Shown one piece after another: positions 38,503-54,612 of a stretch of 64,000 nt of DNA. The DNA lies in the NCBI GenBank assembly GCA_964252075.1, contig CAXULY010000005.1, positions 64,001-128,000 on the forward strand, written 5' to 3'. The DNA comes from an uncultured Deinococcaceae bacterium (lineage in GTDB: Bacteria; Deinococcota; Deinococci; Deinococcales; Deinococcaceae). Each line of letters opens with the position of its first letter. Positions within the stretch are counted from its first letter, which is position 1. The notes under the pieces were generated by a model. That model searched no databases. It was not told the origin of the DNA and saw nothing but the letters and a program-made list of their open reading frames with translations. A program made the position numbers and the translations under genes.

Positions 38503-40240
38503 CGGGGACCGTGCTGCTGTACCTCGTGACCTTCGCGCTCGCGTGGCCGCTCGGCGTGTACATCTCGCGTGTGATGAAGGGCGAGCGCACCCCGCTGGAT
38601 GTTCTGGCGCCCTTCGAGCGCCTGCTGTACCGCCTGATCGGTGTGGATGCGCAGGCCTCCATGACGTGGCCGCGTTACGCCCGCGCGCTCGTCGTCACGA
38701 ACGTCCCGCTCGCGCTGATCGCGTTCCTGCTGTTCGTGTTCCAGGCGAACCTGCCGCTCAACCCGGACCGCGTCGGGAACCTGCCGTGGTTCGTGGCGCT
38801 CAACACCGCCGCGAGTTTCGTCACGAACACCAACTGGCAGAATTACAGCGGGCAGAGCCAGCTCACGTACCTCTCGCAGCTGCTGGGCATCGTGAGCCTG
38901 CAGTTCATCACGCCCGCCGTGGGCGCCGCCGCGCTGTTCGCGCTGCTGCGCGGCCTGACGGGCGGCGTGCACGCGAACTTCGGGAACTACTACGCGGACG
39001 TGACGCGTTTCCTGACGCGCGTGCTGCTGCCCCTGAGCGTGGTGTTGGCGCTGCTGCTGGTGTGGCAGGGCGTGCCCAGCACCTTCTCGGGCGCGAAGAC
39101 CGCCACGCTCGCCCAGCCGCAGACCGTCATGGTGGACGGCACCGCCACGCGGGTCACCACGCAGACCATCCCGGTGGGGCCGGTCGCGGCGCTCGTCGCG
39201 ATCAAGCAGCTCGGCACGAACGGCGGCGGCTGGTACGGCCCGAACAGCGCCGTGCCCCTGGAGAACCCCACGTCGCTCTCGAACCTCATCGAGGTGATCT
39301 CCATCATCCTGCTGCCCGTCGCGCTGGTGGTCGCGGCGGGTGAGTTCCTGCGGCGGCGGCGCTTCGGCGTCATGCTGCTCTCGGTCATGACGGTGCTCTC
39401 GGTGGCGCTCACCTGGGGCGCCGTGGCCGCCGAGCGCGCCCCGAACCGCGCACTCGCGGGCGTCGTGGCGGCCGGGCCGAACCTGGAGGGCAAGGAGGTG
39501 CGCTTCGGCGCGGACCTCAGCGCCGCGTGGGCCGCCGTGACCACGCAGACCAGCAACGGCAGCGTGAACGCCATGCACGACAGCCTGAACCCCCTGGGCG
39601 GCGCGGTGCCCCTGCTCGGCATGATGCTGAACGACGTGTACGGCGGCATCGGGGTGGGCGTCATCAACTTCTTCCTGTTCGTGGTGCTCGCGGTGTTCAT
39701 CGCGGGCCTGATGGTGGGGCGCACGCCGGAACTCTTCGGGCGCAAGATCGAGGCGCGCGAGGTGAAACTCGCGAGCGTCGCGATCCTGCTGCAGCCGCTG
39801 CTGATCCTGGGCTTCACCGCCGTGACGCTCGCCCTGCCGGGCGTGACCGCGAACTCCAACCCCGGCTTTCACGGCATCTCGCAGGTGCTGTACGAGTACA
39901 CCAGTCAGTTCGCGAACAACGGCAGCGCCTTCGCGGGCCTCGGCACGGGCGCGAGCGTGTGGCACAACGTCACGGGCAGCGTCGTGCTGATCCTCGCGCG
40001 GTACCTGCCGATCCTCGCGCCGCTCGCCATTGCGGGCTCGCTCGCCGCGAAGCGCCCCGCGCCCGAGACGAGCGGCAGCCTGCGCGTGGACACCCCGGTG
40101 TTCGCGCTGACCCTCACCAGCGTGATGCTGATCCTGCAACTCCTGAACTTCCTGCCCGCCCTCACCCTCGGCCCCGTCGCGGAGCAGCTCGCGGGCGCCG
40201 CGAAGGCCCCCGCCGCGTCCTCCACGCTTGAGGTTCGCCA

Positions 40241-40244
<4 letters not shown>
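38499..40244 (+). CDS. kdpA: K+-transporting ATPase subunit A
   Basis: [28 protein letters not shown]. Confidence 0.96.
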
Positions 40245-42292
<2,048 letters not shown>

Positions 42293-42303
42293 GGAGCCCC
42301 ACC

Positions 42304-42885
42304 ATGACCCCTGCCCCCACCCCCCGCCCGGACTCGCGCCTCGCGCCCCTGCGCTTCGCGGTCGTGCTGATGCTCGTGTTCGGCCTCGCGTACCCCCTCG
42401 TCGTGACCGTGCTGGCCGGCGCGCTCTTTCCCCGCCAGGCGAACGGCAGCCTCATCACGCGAGACGGCACCGTGGTGGGCTCCCGCCTGGTCGGGCAGGC
42501 CTTCAGCGGCCCCCAGTATTTCATCGGGCGGCCCAGCGCCGCCGGAGCGGGCTACGACCCCACCAGCGCCAGCGGCAGCAACCTCGCGCCCAGCAACCCG
42601 GACCTGAACAAGCGCGTGCGGGCGGACGCCGCCGCCATCGCCGCCCGTGAGGGCGTGCCGGAGTCGAGCATTCCCGTGGACCTCGTGACGGCCAGCGGCA
42701 GCGGCCTCGACCCGGACATCTCGCCCGAGGGTGCGGCCTTGCAGGTGCGCCGCGTGGCGCGCGCGCGCGGGCTGAGCGAGGACGTGGTGCGTGCCGCCGT
42801 TGAGCGGCACACGGCGGGCGGCCTGCTCGGCCCGCAGCGCGTGAACGTGCTGGAACTGAACCTCGACCTGGACGAGCTGAAGTAA
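42304..42885 (+). CDS. kdpC: K+-transporting ATPase subunit C
   Basis: QANGS, GRPS, SGSGLDPDIS, VNVLELN; GAGGAG RBS. Confidence 0.95.
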   Translation: MTPAPTPRPDSRLAPLRFAVVLMLVFGLAYPLVVTVLAGALFPRQANGSLITRDGTVVGSRLVGQAFSGPQYFIGRPSAAGAGYDPTSASGSNLAPSNPDLNKRVRADAAAIAAREGVPESSIPVDLVTASGSGLDPDISPEGAALQVRRVARARGLSEDVVRAAVERHTAGGLLGPQRVNVLELNLDLDELK

Positions 42886-42888
42886 GGG

Positions 42889-42931
42889 GAACTGGGGGCG
42901 CCCGGGCAGTGTGGCCGGGCGCCCCCAGTTC
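42889..42931. terminator. 17-bp inverted repeat between convergent genes (probable bidirectional terminator)
   Basis: GAACTGGGGGCGCCCGG / CCGGGCGCCCCCAGTTC. Confidence 0.65.
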
Positions 42932-42933
42932 TC

Positions 42934-43491
42934 CTACAGGCGCGGGTCGGTCGCCAGGAGGGACATGCGGTGCTGGTCCACCCACTCGCCCTGCCAGCAC
43001 AGCGCGTCGCGCTCCACGCCCTCATGCACGAAGCCGCACTTCTCGTACACGCGCCGCGCGCGCGGGTTGAAGGCGAACACACCCAGGCTGATGCGGTGCA
43101 GGCCCACCACATCGAAGCCGTACGCGACGGCGGCGCGCGTCGCCTCCGTGCCGTACCCCCGCCCGGCGAGGTCCGGCGCGTTCACGGAGATGCGGAAGTT
43201 CGCGCTGCGGTTGTGCGCGTCGAGGTCGTTCAGCACCACCTCGCCCAGGTACGCGCCGTCCTCCGCGCGCAGCATCGCCCAGTCCGCGCGGTCGTCCGCG
43301 CCGCGCACGCGCGCCAGGAAGCGCGCCACGTCCTCGCGCGCGAAGGTCTGTGTGGTGCCCGTGAGGCGCATGAACTCCTCGTGCTGCAGGCCCTCCATGA
43401 CGTGATCGAGGTGCTCCGGCCCCATCGGGACGAGGCGCAGGCGGGCGGTGGTGAGGGTCGCGAGGTGGGCGAGCGCGTCGGTGTTCAGCAT
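42934..43491 (-). CDS. GNAT N-acetyltransferase (RimJ/RimL-like)
   Basis: GRGYGTEA, NPRARRVYEKCGF. Confidence 0.88.
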   Translation of the reverse strand: MLNTDALAHLATLTTARLRLVPMGPEHLDHVMEGLQHEEFMRLTGTTQTFAREDVARFLARVRGADDRADWAMLRAEDGAYLGEVVLNDLDAHNRSANFRISVNAPDLAGRGYGTEATRAAVAYGFDVVGLHRISLGVFAFNPRARRVYEKCGFVHEGVERDALCWQGEWVDQHRMSLLATDPRL

Positions 43492-43597
43492 ACGGGCCGT
43501 TCTACCAGCCGGGCCCGCGGCTCGGGATGGGCCAACTGACCTAAGCGCCGAAGGTCCGTCATGCGGTCTCGCGGGCGAGGAGCAGACGTTTTCGCGT

Positions 43598-45022
43598 TCA
43601 GGCGCCGCTCTGGACGCGCCGGATCTCCCCGCCGACCCGGTAGAAGCCGTTCACCTCGGTCAGGCTGTCCACGACGTACCGGGCGCCCGCCTCGCGCAGG
43701 TTGCGCGGGAACTGCACCCGCCAGTGGGCGTGGTACCCGGGGCTGATGGGCCGCACCCGCAGCTTGCCGCCTTCCGAAGAGCACTCGAGCAGCACGCCGC
43801 TCCCCACGTCGTTCGTGGTGGCGAGCGCCGTCTGGGGGGTGCGCGCTTCCAGGGCCGTCGCCAGTTTCACGTCGCGCACGGTGGGGGTCACGCCCTGCTG
43901 CGCCGCCTGGATGGCCGCCTCGCTCGCGTCGATGGCGGCCAGCACGCCGTGCGTGGTCACCACGTACAGCCGCTCGTCGGCGTACTGCATGGAGAGGGCG
44001 CTGCCGCAGCCGCTGGCGAGCTTCCACAGGCGCTCGCCCCCTTCCGCGAAGCAGTAGATGGCGCTGGCATTGTCGGCCGCGAACACGTAGCCAGCCGGGC
44101 TGGTCGCGCAGGACATGATGCTGGCATCGCACTGGTAGTCCTGCAGGTGCTCGCCACTCTTGGAAAAGCGCTGCACCAGCCGCGCGGTGGTGCCCGCATA
44201 CAGGGACGGGCCGTCCTGCCACCCGAACAGGACGGCGCCGTGGGTGCTGCGCTCCCACACGGGGAGGCCGCTGGTGCGGTCATACATCCCCACCCCGCGG
44301 CTGTGGCCGTAGTACACGCCCTGGGTGTCCACCCGCACCATCCAGCCCATGCTGGCGCCCTGCCCGACATTCCCCCACTGCTGATCGCTCTCGGCGTCGA
44401 AGGCGTACACGCTGCCGCCCTCGTCGGCCACGCCCAGCAGGCCGCCCTGGATGTCCAGCCACAGCAGGCTCATGCCGGGGTCCACGGTGTAGGCCACGAA
44501 GGGCAGCTTGCCGCTCAGGTCGTACACCTGCCCGTCGTCGCAGCCCGCGAACAGGAAGCGCCCGTCGCTCACCAGGCACTTCACCCCGTCCGGCAGCTGA
44601 AATTTGAGTTCGGGTTCGCCCGCCGGGCTCAGCGCGTAGACCTCGCCACCCTCGTTGCCCACCCAGCAGCGCCCACCGCCCACGAAGATGCCGTAGGCGG
44701 TGGTGCCGCTCTGGAAGCGCCACAGCAGCGGCGCGCGGCGGGCACTGCTCGTTTGCACCTCCTGCACGTTGCGGCGCACGGGCGCGCGCTTCTGGCGCTC
44801 GCCCTTCACGGCGTCCGCGTAGCCTTTGCGGCGCTTCTCGCGCAGCTTCTTCTCGGCTTCGGCGCGGGCCGCCTCGTTGCTCGCCAGGGTCTTCACCTGT
44901 GCCTGGCCTTCGGTCCCGATGCGGCCATACCGCACGGTCAGGGTGGCGTCCTCGATCAGCACCTCGTAGAACTTGTGTTCGCTGCCCTGCGGGTCGGAGA
45001 ACTCCAGGTAATGGTGGTCCAT
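43598..45022 (-). CDS. WGR-domain protein with beta-propeller repeats
   Basis: HKFYEV...VRYGRIG...KGY (WGR-like), followed by PQQ/WD-like repeats. Confidence 0.82.
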   Translation of the reverse strand: MDHHYLEFSDPQGSEHKFYEVLIEDATLTVRYGRIGTEGQAQVKTLASNEAARAEAEKKLREKRRKGYADAVKGERQKRAPVRRNVQEVQTSSARRAPLLWRFQSGTTAYGIFVGGGRCWVGNEGGEVYALSPAGEPELKFQLPDGVKCLVSDGRFLFAGCDDGQVYDLSGKLPFVAYTVDPGMSLLWLDIQGGLLGVADEGGSVYAFDAESDQQWGNVGQGASMGWMVRVDTQGVYYGHSRGVGMYDRTSGLPVWERSTHGAVLFGWQDGPSLYAGTTARLVQRFSKSGEHLQDYQCDASIMSCATSPAGYVFAADNASAIYCFAEGGERLWKLASGCGSALSMQYADERLYVVTTHGVLAAIDASEAAIQAAQQGVTPTVRDVKLATALEARTPQTALATTNDVGSGVLLECSSEGGKLRVRPISPGYHAHWRVQFPRNLREAGARYVVDSLTEVNGFYRVGGEIRRVQSGA

Positions 45023-45087
45023 GCTGTCATTCATAACAGAAGCCAGCAGAACGGTTCGGTTGGGGCCGGGAGCGATCCCGCGCGGCG

Positions 45088-45500
45088 CTACCGTGGTCGC
45101 CCGCGCTCCAGCACGCACGCGAAGCGCTCCACGCCCGGGTACCGCTCCCCCAGGGGCGTCACGGTGAAGCCGCAGCGCCGGTAGAAGCCCACCGCCTCCC
45201 CGTCCGTCTCGGCGCGCAGGTGGGTAAGGCCCAGCGCGCTCGCGGCGCCCTCCACCAGCGCCCGCCCGAAGCCTCGCCCGCGCGCCCCTTCGCGCACGCC
45301 GATGTTCAGGATGGTGCCGGAAGCCACCTCCACCCCGATGCAGCCCACCAGCGCCCCACCGTCCTCCAGGCCTAGCAGGGCGCGGTCCGGGTCGCGCTGG
45401 TAGGCCTCCACCGCCCGCTCCAGCCGACCCGGCGCGGGGTACACGGACAGCGCCAGCAGCGCGCGCACCTCCGGATCACCGAGGTGCGCGCGCAGGTCCC

Positions 45501-45504
<4 letters not shown>
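45088..45504 (-). CDS. GNAT N-acetyltransferase
   Basis: RGRGFGRAL, AETD..AVGFYRRCGF; overlaps the polA stop. Confidence 0.8.
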
Positions 45505-48059
<2,555 letters not shown>

Positions 48060-48123
48060 GCCCTCATTCTACCCCGTACGGAATGACCCTCGCCCGCTCC
48101 GAGAAGCGCGAAAAACGCGCGCT

Positions 48124-48948
48124 TCAGGGCTGGTCGGGGTCCTTCTTCTCCGGCAGCGCGCGCGCGTCACTGATGCTGAGCCGTCCACCCGGATCGCCGT
48201 ACAGGGTGCTCAGGATGTCGCTGCGGTGCGCCGTGAACCACGAGCGCAGCGCGGGCTGCTTCGCCAGGACGCCCCGCAGCGCCTGTTCGGCCGCCGCGCC
48301 GTTGCCGGCCACCACGCGGTTCGCGTAGTACCCCACCAGCGCGGCGCGCGGGGTCTCGTTCGGGTCCTCGTCCTTGCCGAGGGGTCGCGTGAGTTCCTTG
48401 AGGTAGCGGGCGGCGTCCTGCTCCGGCACGAAGGCGTACCGCCGCGTGAGGTCCGCGACGCGCACGCCGTCCCAGCCCAGCACATAGCGCACGTCCGGCG
48501 AGGCGGCGTAGGAGTAGTCGTAGTACGCGAAGGCGTCGCTGCTGAACACCAGCTCCAGGGTGCCGTCGCCGTTCAGGTCCGTGAAGTTCGCGCCGTAGTT
48601 GCCCGCGTCCAGAATGAAGAGGTTGCGTGGCGCGCCGTCGTCCTGCGTGAAGGCGTAATAGGTGGTGCAGCAGTGTGCGCCTCCACTGAAGGCCTCCAGC
48701 ACGAGTTCCGGCTGCCCGCCCGGGCGCAGGGGCTTAAGGCTCGCGCTGACATTCCAGTCGCTCACCGTGACGAGCGTCTTGCCGCCCTGCCGGATGACGG
48801 CGGTCGCCTGCTTGTCGTAGTCGTTCTGGGGACGGGGCGTGACGGTCACGCTGTACGCGCCCCACCGGAGGGTCTGCGGCTGGTCGGCCTGGGCGCTGGC
48901 GGTGCCGAGCGTCAGGGCGGCGAGGGTGCTGATGACCGCTGCGTTCAC
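48124..48948 (-). CDS. secreted hypothetical protein
   Basis: Signal peptide ending [29 protein letters not shown]. Confidence 0.75.
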   Translation of the reverse strand: MNAAVISTLAALTLGTASAQADQPQTLRWGAYSVTVTPRPQNDYDKQATAVIRQGGKTLVTVSDWNVSASLKPLRPGGQPELVLEAFSGGAHCCTTYYAFTQDDGAPRNLFILDAGNYGANFTDLNGDGTLELVFSSDAFAYYDYSYAASPDVRYVLGWDGVRVADLTRRYAFVPEQDAARYLKELTRPLGKDEDPNETPRAALVGYYANRVVAGNGAAAEQALRGVLAKQPALRSWFTAHRSDILSTLYGDPGGRLSISDARALPEKKDPDQP

Positions 48949-50132
48949 GTGAGTCCTCCTTGGTAGGTGAGGGCCAAGCCCAGCAGGGCCGCGTCCTCGT
49001 TCCACGGGGCGATGACCTGTACGCCCACGGACAGCTCGCCCGCCCGCTGCGGGAGCGCCACCACCGGCACGCCCAGCAGGCTCCACGGCGCGGTGAGGCG
49101 CAGCACCGTCCGGCGCAGCGGCAGAAGGCCTTCCGCGACCTCCAGTTCCGCCTGCCCCAGCAGGGGCGCGACGTCCGGAACGGCGGGCGCGAGCAGCAGG
49201 TCGTGCGTCTCGAACAGTCGGATCAGGTTGGCCCTCAGGGCTTCGCGGCGTTCGCGCGCCGCCCGCACCTCCGCCTCGCCCAGCGCCGCGCCCTGGCGCA
49301 GCAGGGATTCCGTGAAGGGCAGGAAGCCCGGCGCGTGTTCCCGCAGCGCCACCTCGTGCACGGCGGCGCCCTCGCTCAGCACGATGGGTGTGTAGGTGTC
49401 CAGCACCTCCGGGAAGGCAAAGGGACTCACCTGCGCGCCCAGGCGACTGGCGTGCGTGACCGCGCGGTCCAAGGCCTCGCGCGCGGCGGGCGCCAGCCAC
49501 CCCGGCACGTCCCACACGCCCACCCGCAGGCCCGCCCAGGGGCGCGCGCGCACGTCCTCGCCGGAGAGTGCCGCGTGCACGCGCGCCACCATCTGGAGGT
49601 CGCGGGCGAGCGGCCCGGCGTGGTCGCAGGTGGGGGAGAGGGGCAGCACGCCCGTCAGCGGCCACGCGGGGTGGTCCTTGCTGGGCTTGAAGCCCACCAC
49701 GCCGCACCACGCGGCGGGCACCCGGATGGAGCCGCCGGTGTCCGTGCCGAGCGCGAAATCCACCTCGCCCGTCGCGACGCTCGCCGCCGCGCCGCCCGAG
49801 GACCCCCCCGACACGCGCGTGGGGTCCAGGGGATTCAGGGTGCCGCCCCGCGCGTTGTCGCCCGTGATGCCCAGCGCCACCTCGTGCAGTTCGGTCTTGC
49901 CAACCAGGGTGGCGCCCAGCTCCAGCAGGTGCGCCACCAGCGGACTGCCCGGCACGTCCGGGAGGGGCGCCTGGCTGCCCGCCGTAAGCGGCCAGCCGGG
50001 CACGCCGTACAGGTCCTTGGCGCTGAAGTGCAGGCCGGTCAGGGCGCCGTCCGGTTGGCCCGCGAGAACCTGCGCCGGGCGGTGCGCCCAAGCGCGCAGG
50101 GGGTCGGTGGGCGGCTCGTTTCGGGAGGTCAC
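48945..50132 (-). CDS. amidase signature family protein
   Basis: [20 protein letters not shown]. Confidence 0.92.
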   Translation of the reverse strand: MTSRNEPPTDPLRAWAHRPAQVLAGQPDGALTGLHFSAKDLYGVPGWPLTAGSQAPLPDVPGSPLVAHLLELGATLVGKTELHEVALGITGDNARGGTLNPLDPTRVSGGSSGGAAASVATGEVDFALGTDTGGSIRVPAAWCGVVGFKPSKDHPAWPLTGVLPLSPTCDHAGPLARDLQMVARVHAALSGEDVRARPWAGLRVGVWDVPGWLAPAAREALDRAVTHASRLGAQVSPFAFPEVLDTYTPIVLSEGAAVHEVALREHAPGFLPFTESLLRQGAALGEAEVRAARERREALRANLIRLFETHDLLLAPAVPDVAPLLGQAELEVAEGLLPLRRTVLRLTAPWSLLGVPVVALPQRAGELSVGVQVIAPWNEDAALLGLALTYQGGLT

Positions 50133-50324
50133 GCCGTGAGTGTAACGCGCTTCCGGCCCCACCTCGCTCCCTGAGCGGCAGCTGAGAGTGCATTAAACGA
50201 CGTGCTGGTGGGTCCTGGGCGACGTGCCCTGAGCGTGTCAGAAAAGTGAAAGAGATGTGAGGTCATACTGACTGCACTTCGCCCGCCCTCCAGTCCTTCT
50301 TGCCTGATCCGTCCCGAGGTTGCC

Positions 50325-50912
50325 GTGAACACCCCCCTATTTCCCCCGACGCTGCTTGATCCCGCGCCCACCCGCCGCGTCTGCGCGGTGTTTATGGACC
50401 TCGTGGACTCGACGGGGCTGGCGTGCTCGCTGCCGCTCGCGCAGTTCACCACCCTGATGACCGAGTTGCTGCAGGTGCTGATGCTGCACACCGAGGCGCG
50501 CGGTGGCTGGGCGCTGTCACAGCACGGGGACGGGCTGCTGAGCCTCTGGAACGAGGAGGACGCGGCCTTCGCGCTGGAAGCGGCGGTGGAGGCGCACGAC
50601 CGCGCCGCGCGCCTGGGCATCGCGCGCCGCCTGGGCCTGAACCTGCAAATGCGGGTGGGCGTGGCCGCCGGTGAGGTCATGCTGGGCGACCTGGGCCGCG
50701 AGATGACCGCGTACGGCCTGCCCCTGATCCTGGCGCGGCGCCTGTGCGACGCGGGCGCGCCCGGCGAGACGCTGGTGTGCGGCACCATGCGCGAGCGCGT
50801 GCCTGCGGCGCGCATGCAGGAGCTGCCGCCCGCCGCCTTCCAGGGCTTTGCGGCGCCGCTGCCCAGCTACCGCTGCGCTGGTGCCAACCACGTGAAAATG
50901 AATTACGGCTAA
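50325..50912 (+). CDS. stand-alone class III adenylate/guanylate cyclase-like protein
   Basis: [22 protein letters not shown]. Confidence 0.78.
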   Translation: MNTPLFPPTLLDPAPTRRVCAVFMDLVDSTGLACSLPLAQFTTLMTELLQVLMLHTEARGGWALSQHGDGLLSLWNEEDAAFALEAAVEAHDRAARLGIARRLGLNLQMRVGVAAGEVMLGDLGREMTAYGLPLILARRLCDAGAPGETLVCGTMRERVPAARMQELPPAAFQGFAAPLPSYRCAGANHVKMNYG

Positions 50913-50958
50913 GTAAAGGCGCCCTTCTTCTCATGAGAGACGCCCGTAGGCTGGGACC

Positions 50959-51636
<678 letters not shown>

Positions 51637-51709
51637 CGCTGTCCCCGCAGCATCCGGGCGGCTCCTCACGAAGCCGCCCTAGACTGGGCATCATGCCAGG
51701 AGCCCTGCC

Positions 51710-53242
51710 GTGACCCTCCAGTGGCGGCTCACCCTGTTCTACGCCGCGCTGGTGGCCCTGATTCTGGCGCTGGTGAGCGTCAGCGTCTTCGGCGTCATGC
51801 GCCAAGTGCTCATCAACAGCGTGGAGCGCGACCTGCAGACCGCGGTCGCGCAGTACTACCGCCTGCAGTACTCGCTGGACGTGCAGGTCGGCACGCCGCG
51901 CGACAGTCCCATCTCGCTCGCGCAGGTCGGGCAGAGCTTCCCAGACTACGCCATTCAGGTGGACATCTTCCCCTACAGCACCCTCGACCAGATCCGCAAC
52001 GATCCCTTGCCGGACGTGTACGAGCTGCGCACCCCCGCGGGCGGCGGGACCAGCAAGGTGGACCCGAACGCGCCTTTCGTGCTGAGCGACCGGGACTTCG
52101 ACCGCCTGCGGCACTCCTCCACCTCCATGTTCGTGAACACCACGTGGCAGCGGGAGAACTCCGGCAGCGTGGCGGCCCTGGCGCTGGTGCAGCTGTACGC
52201 CGTGAACGTGCAGAACCCGCTGGACGGCAGCAGCGCCGAGCAGCCCGTCGTGCTGTGGTTCGTGCGCGACGTGTCTGGCGTGTACAACACGCTGGGGTCG
52301 CTGCAGGGCATCCTGATCTTCGTGTTCCTGGTGGCGACCGTCGCGGCGGGCGTGGTGGCCTACGTGCTCGCCGCGCGCGCCCTGCAGCCGCTGCGGCAGG
52401 TGCAGCGCGCCGCCGAGGGCATCGGCGGCAAAACGCTGGGGCGGCGCGTGCCGGAGCCCTCCAGCCACGACGAGGTGCAGTCCCTGGCGCGCGCGCTGAA
52501 CAACATGCTGGACCGCCTGGAGCAGTCCTTCGAGACGCAGCGGCGCTTCACGAGCGACGCCAGCCACGAACTCCGCACGCCCGTCACGGCCATCTCCGGG
52601 CACGCCAGTTACCTGATGCGCCGCACCAGCCCCACAGAGCAGCAGGCAGAGAGCCTCAGCATCATCAAGAACGAAGCGGACCGCCTCACGGGCCTGATCG
52701 GCAGCCTGCTGGAACTCGCGCGCAGCGACAGCGGCGCCATTCAGCTGCGCACGCAGCCGATCCTCGCGCAGCTGTTCCTGCAGGACATCGCGCGGGAGGT
52801 GCGGCCGCTCGCGCAGGCGCAGGGCGCGGAGGTGCTCGCGCAGGGCGCGGAGGTGCCCTTCGCGGCCGACCCGGACCGCCTCAAGCAGGTGCTCCTCAAC
52901 CTCGTGTCGAACGCCCTGAAGGCCGGCTCGAAGACCGTGCGCCTCGGCAGTCGGCAGGAGGGCCGGGACGTGGTGCTCTCGGTCACGGACGACGGGCCGG
53001 GCATCGCGCAGGAGCACCTGTCGAAGCTCTTCGACCGCTTCTACCGGGTGGATGAATCGCGCGCGCGCGATGCGGGCGGCGCGGGCCTCGGCCTCGCCAT
53101 CGTGAAGGCCATCGTGGACGCGCACGAGGGCCGCATCTGGATCGAGAGTGAGGTGGGGCAGGGCACCACCGTGTTCGTGCGCCTGCCCATCGGGAACGTG
53201 GAGCCCGTCGAGGACGACGTGAAGGTGGGCGCGCGCAGCTGA
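51710..53242 (+). CDS. HAMP sensor histidine kinase
   Basis: Two TM helices, HAMP, SHELRTP, NLVSNA, GAGLGL. Confidence 0.93.
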   Translation: MTLQWRLTLFYAALVALILALVSVSVFGVMRQVLINSVERDLQTAVAQYYRLQYSLDVQVGTPRDSPISLAQVGQSFPDYAIQVDIFPYSTLDQIRNDPLPDVYELRTPAGGGTSKVDPNAPFVLSDRDFDRLRHSSTSMFVNTTWQRENSGSVAALALVQLYAVNVQNPLDGSSAEQPVVLWFVRDVSGVYNTLGSLQGILIFVFLVATVAAGVVAYVLAARALQPLRQVQRAAEGIGGKTLGRRVPEPSSHDEVQSLARALNNMLDRLEQSFETQRRFTSDASHELRTPVTAISGHASYLMRRTSPTEQQAESLSIIKNEADRLTGLIGSLLELARSDSGAIQLRTQPILAQLFLQDIAREVRPLAQAQGAEVLAQGAEVPFAADPDRLKQVLLNLVSNALKAGSKTVRLGSRQEGRDVVLSVTDDGPGIAQEHLSKLFDRFYRVDESRARDAGGAGLGLAIVKAIVDAHEGRIWIESEVGQGTTVFVRLPIGNVEPVEDDVKVGARS

Positions 53243-53251
53243 AGCCGCGCG

Positions 53252-53584
53252 TCAGTCCGCAGCCGACCGGTGCCCGCCCGTCCACGCCCGCGATGCGGGC
53301 GCGCGGGCACCCGCCCGAATCTCCCGGATGAGTCCGTCGCGCACGGTGAAGGTGAAGCGCCCGCCGCCCGGCGTGACCTGCGCGACCACCTGCGGTCCGT
53401 CCGCGCGCAACGCCTCCACGTGCAGCGGCGCGTCGCCGCGCGGCGGGGCCAGCAGGCCCGCGTGGTCGTGGAGGCCGGGGGCCAGCACGGCGCTGAGGGC
53501 GCGCGCGTCTCGGTGTCGGAGGGCCTGGAAGTACGCGCGGACCACCTCGGCGGGGTCGGGCGTCAGCACGAGCCGAACATTCAT
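53252..53584 (-). CDS. SnoaL/NTF2-like protein
   Basis: EVVRAYFQAL...LAP, FTVRDGLIREIR. Confidence 0.6.
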   Translation of the reverse strand: MNVRLVLTPDPAEVVRAYFQALRHRDARALSAVLAPGLHDHAGLLAPPRGDAPLHVEALRADGPQVVAQVTPGGGRFTFTVRDGLIREIRAGARAPASRAWTGGHRSAAD

Positions 53585-53613
53585 GGGGTGCCTTTCCGGC
53601 CGGGGCGCGGCGC

Positions 53614-53970
53614 TCAGCGGCGCAGGCGCTTGGCGGCCTCCTCGGGCGTGATCTCGCCGCGCTCCAGCAGGCTCAGCACCTCGTCTCGCGGGTCGCCGGG
53701 CTCCGGCTCGTACCCGATGGCGCGCAGCAGGCTGTCGAAGCGCGCGCGCACGGTGGGGTAACTGAGGCCCAGGATGCGTTCGACTTCCTTCAGGTTGCCG
53801 CGCACCTTGATGTACAGGCGCAGGAACTCCAGGTTGTCGGACGCCAGGGTCGCGAACTCATTGAGCACGAACTCACCGCGCACCGTGACGTTCGCGTCGG
53901 GGAAGTGCAGTTCGTGCACGATGGGCGTCTCGTTGACGCCAGGGAAGGGCACGGGCAGGGGTCTGGGCAT
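53614..53970 (-). CDS. DUF2089 family HTH protein
   Basis: RGNLKEVERILGLSYPTVRAR; C-terminal SHOCT-like LERGEITPEEA. Confidence 0.85.
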   Translation of the reverse strand: MPRPLPVPFPGVNETPIVHELHFPDANVTVRGEFVLNEFATLASDNLEFLRLYIKVRGNLKEVERILGLSYPTVRARFDSLLRAIGYEPEPGDPRDEVLSLLERGEITPEEAAKRLRR

Positions 53971-53990
53971 GCAGACACTCTAGGGTGGAG

Positions 53991-54018
53991 AGGAGGGGGC
54001 GGCGCGCCGCCCCCTCCT
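53991..54018. terminator. 13-bp inverted repeat hairpin
   Basis: AGGAGGGGGCGGC / GCCGCCCCCTCCT. Confidence 0.45.
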
Positions 54019-54021
54019 GCT

Positions 54022-54612
54022 TCACTTCACCGTCAGGCGCACTTCGTTGCCGGCCGAGTCCTCGGACTCCAGCAGCGGGCCCAGCGGCGGGTTGGCCTTG
54101 AGCAGCATGACCAGCGCGTCGGGGGACAGGCCCGCCTGCTCCAGCGCCATCAGCGCGCGCGGCGGCAGCAGCTTGGGCGCGTGATCGGCCAGGGACAGCG
54201 GCAGGTTCGCGTTGAAGGTGCCGCCGGAGGAGTCCTCGACTTCCACGCGCAGGATGGTGCCGGGCCGCGCGGTGCGGTTCGCGCCGAAGGTGCCGCTCAC
54301 GGCGCCCTCCACGGCGGCGCTGATGCGCTCACCGAGGTCCTCCAGCCCCCAGCTGCCGCGCGGAGGGCGGGGCGCCTCGGGCGGGTAGGGCGCGCGGGGC
54401 GGCGCTTCGCTGAGGCCCTTCATGCTCATCAGGGTGTCCGTGAGGCGGTCCACGCTGGCGTCCGGCTGGTCCAGCGCGCCCAGCAGGAAGTCGCGCTCGT
54501 GCGGCGAGAGGGTCAGTTTGGGGTTCAGGGCGGTGAGCAGGCCCAGCGCGTCCTCGGCGGGCAGGCGGCCCTTCTGGATCAGGTCCAGGATGCGGCGAAT
54601 CTGTTCTTTCAT
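54022..54612 (-). CDS. SHOCT-like domain protein
   Basis: MKEQIRRILDLIQKGRL.AEDA..LL N-terminus. Confidence 0.7.
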   Translation of the reverse strand: MKEQIRRILDLIQKGRLPAEDALGLLTALNPKLTLSPHERDFLLGALDQPDASVDRLTDTLMSMKGLSEAPPRAPYPPEAPRPPRGSWGLEDLGERISAAVEGAVSGTFGANRTARPGTILRVEVEDSSGGTFNANLPLSLADHAPKLLPPRALMALEQAGLSPDALVMLLKANPPLGPLLESEDSAGNEVRLTVK

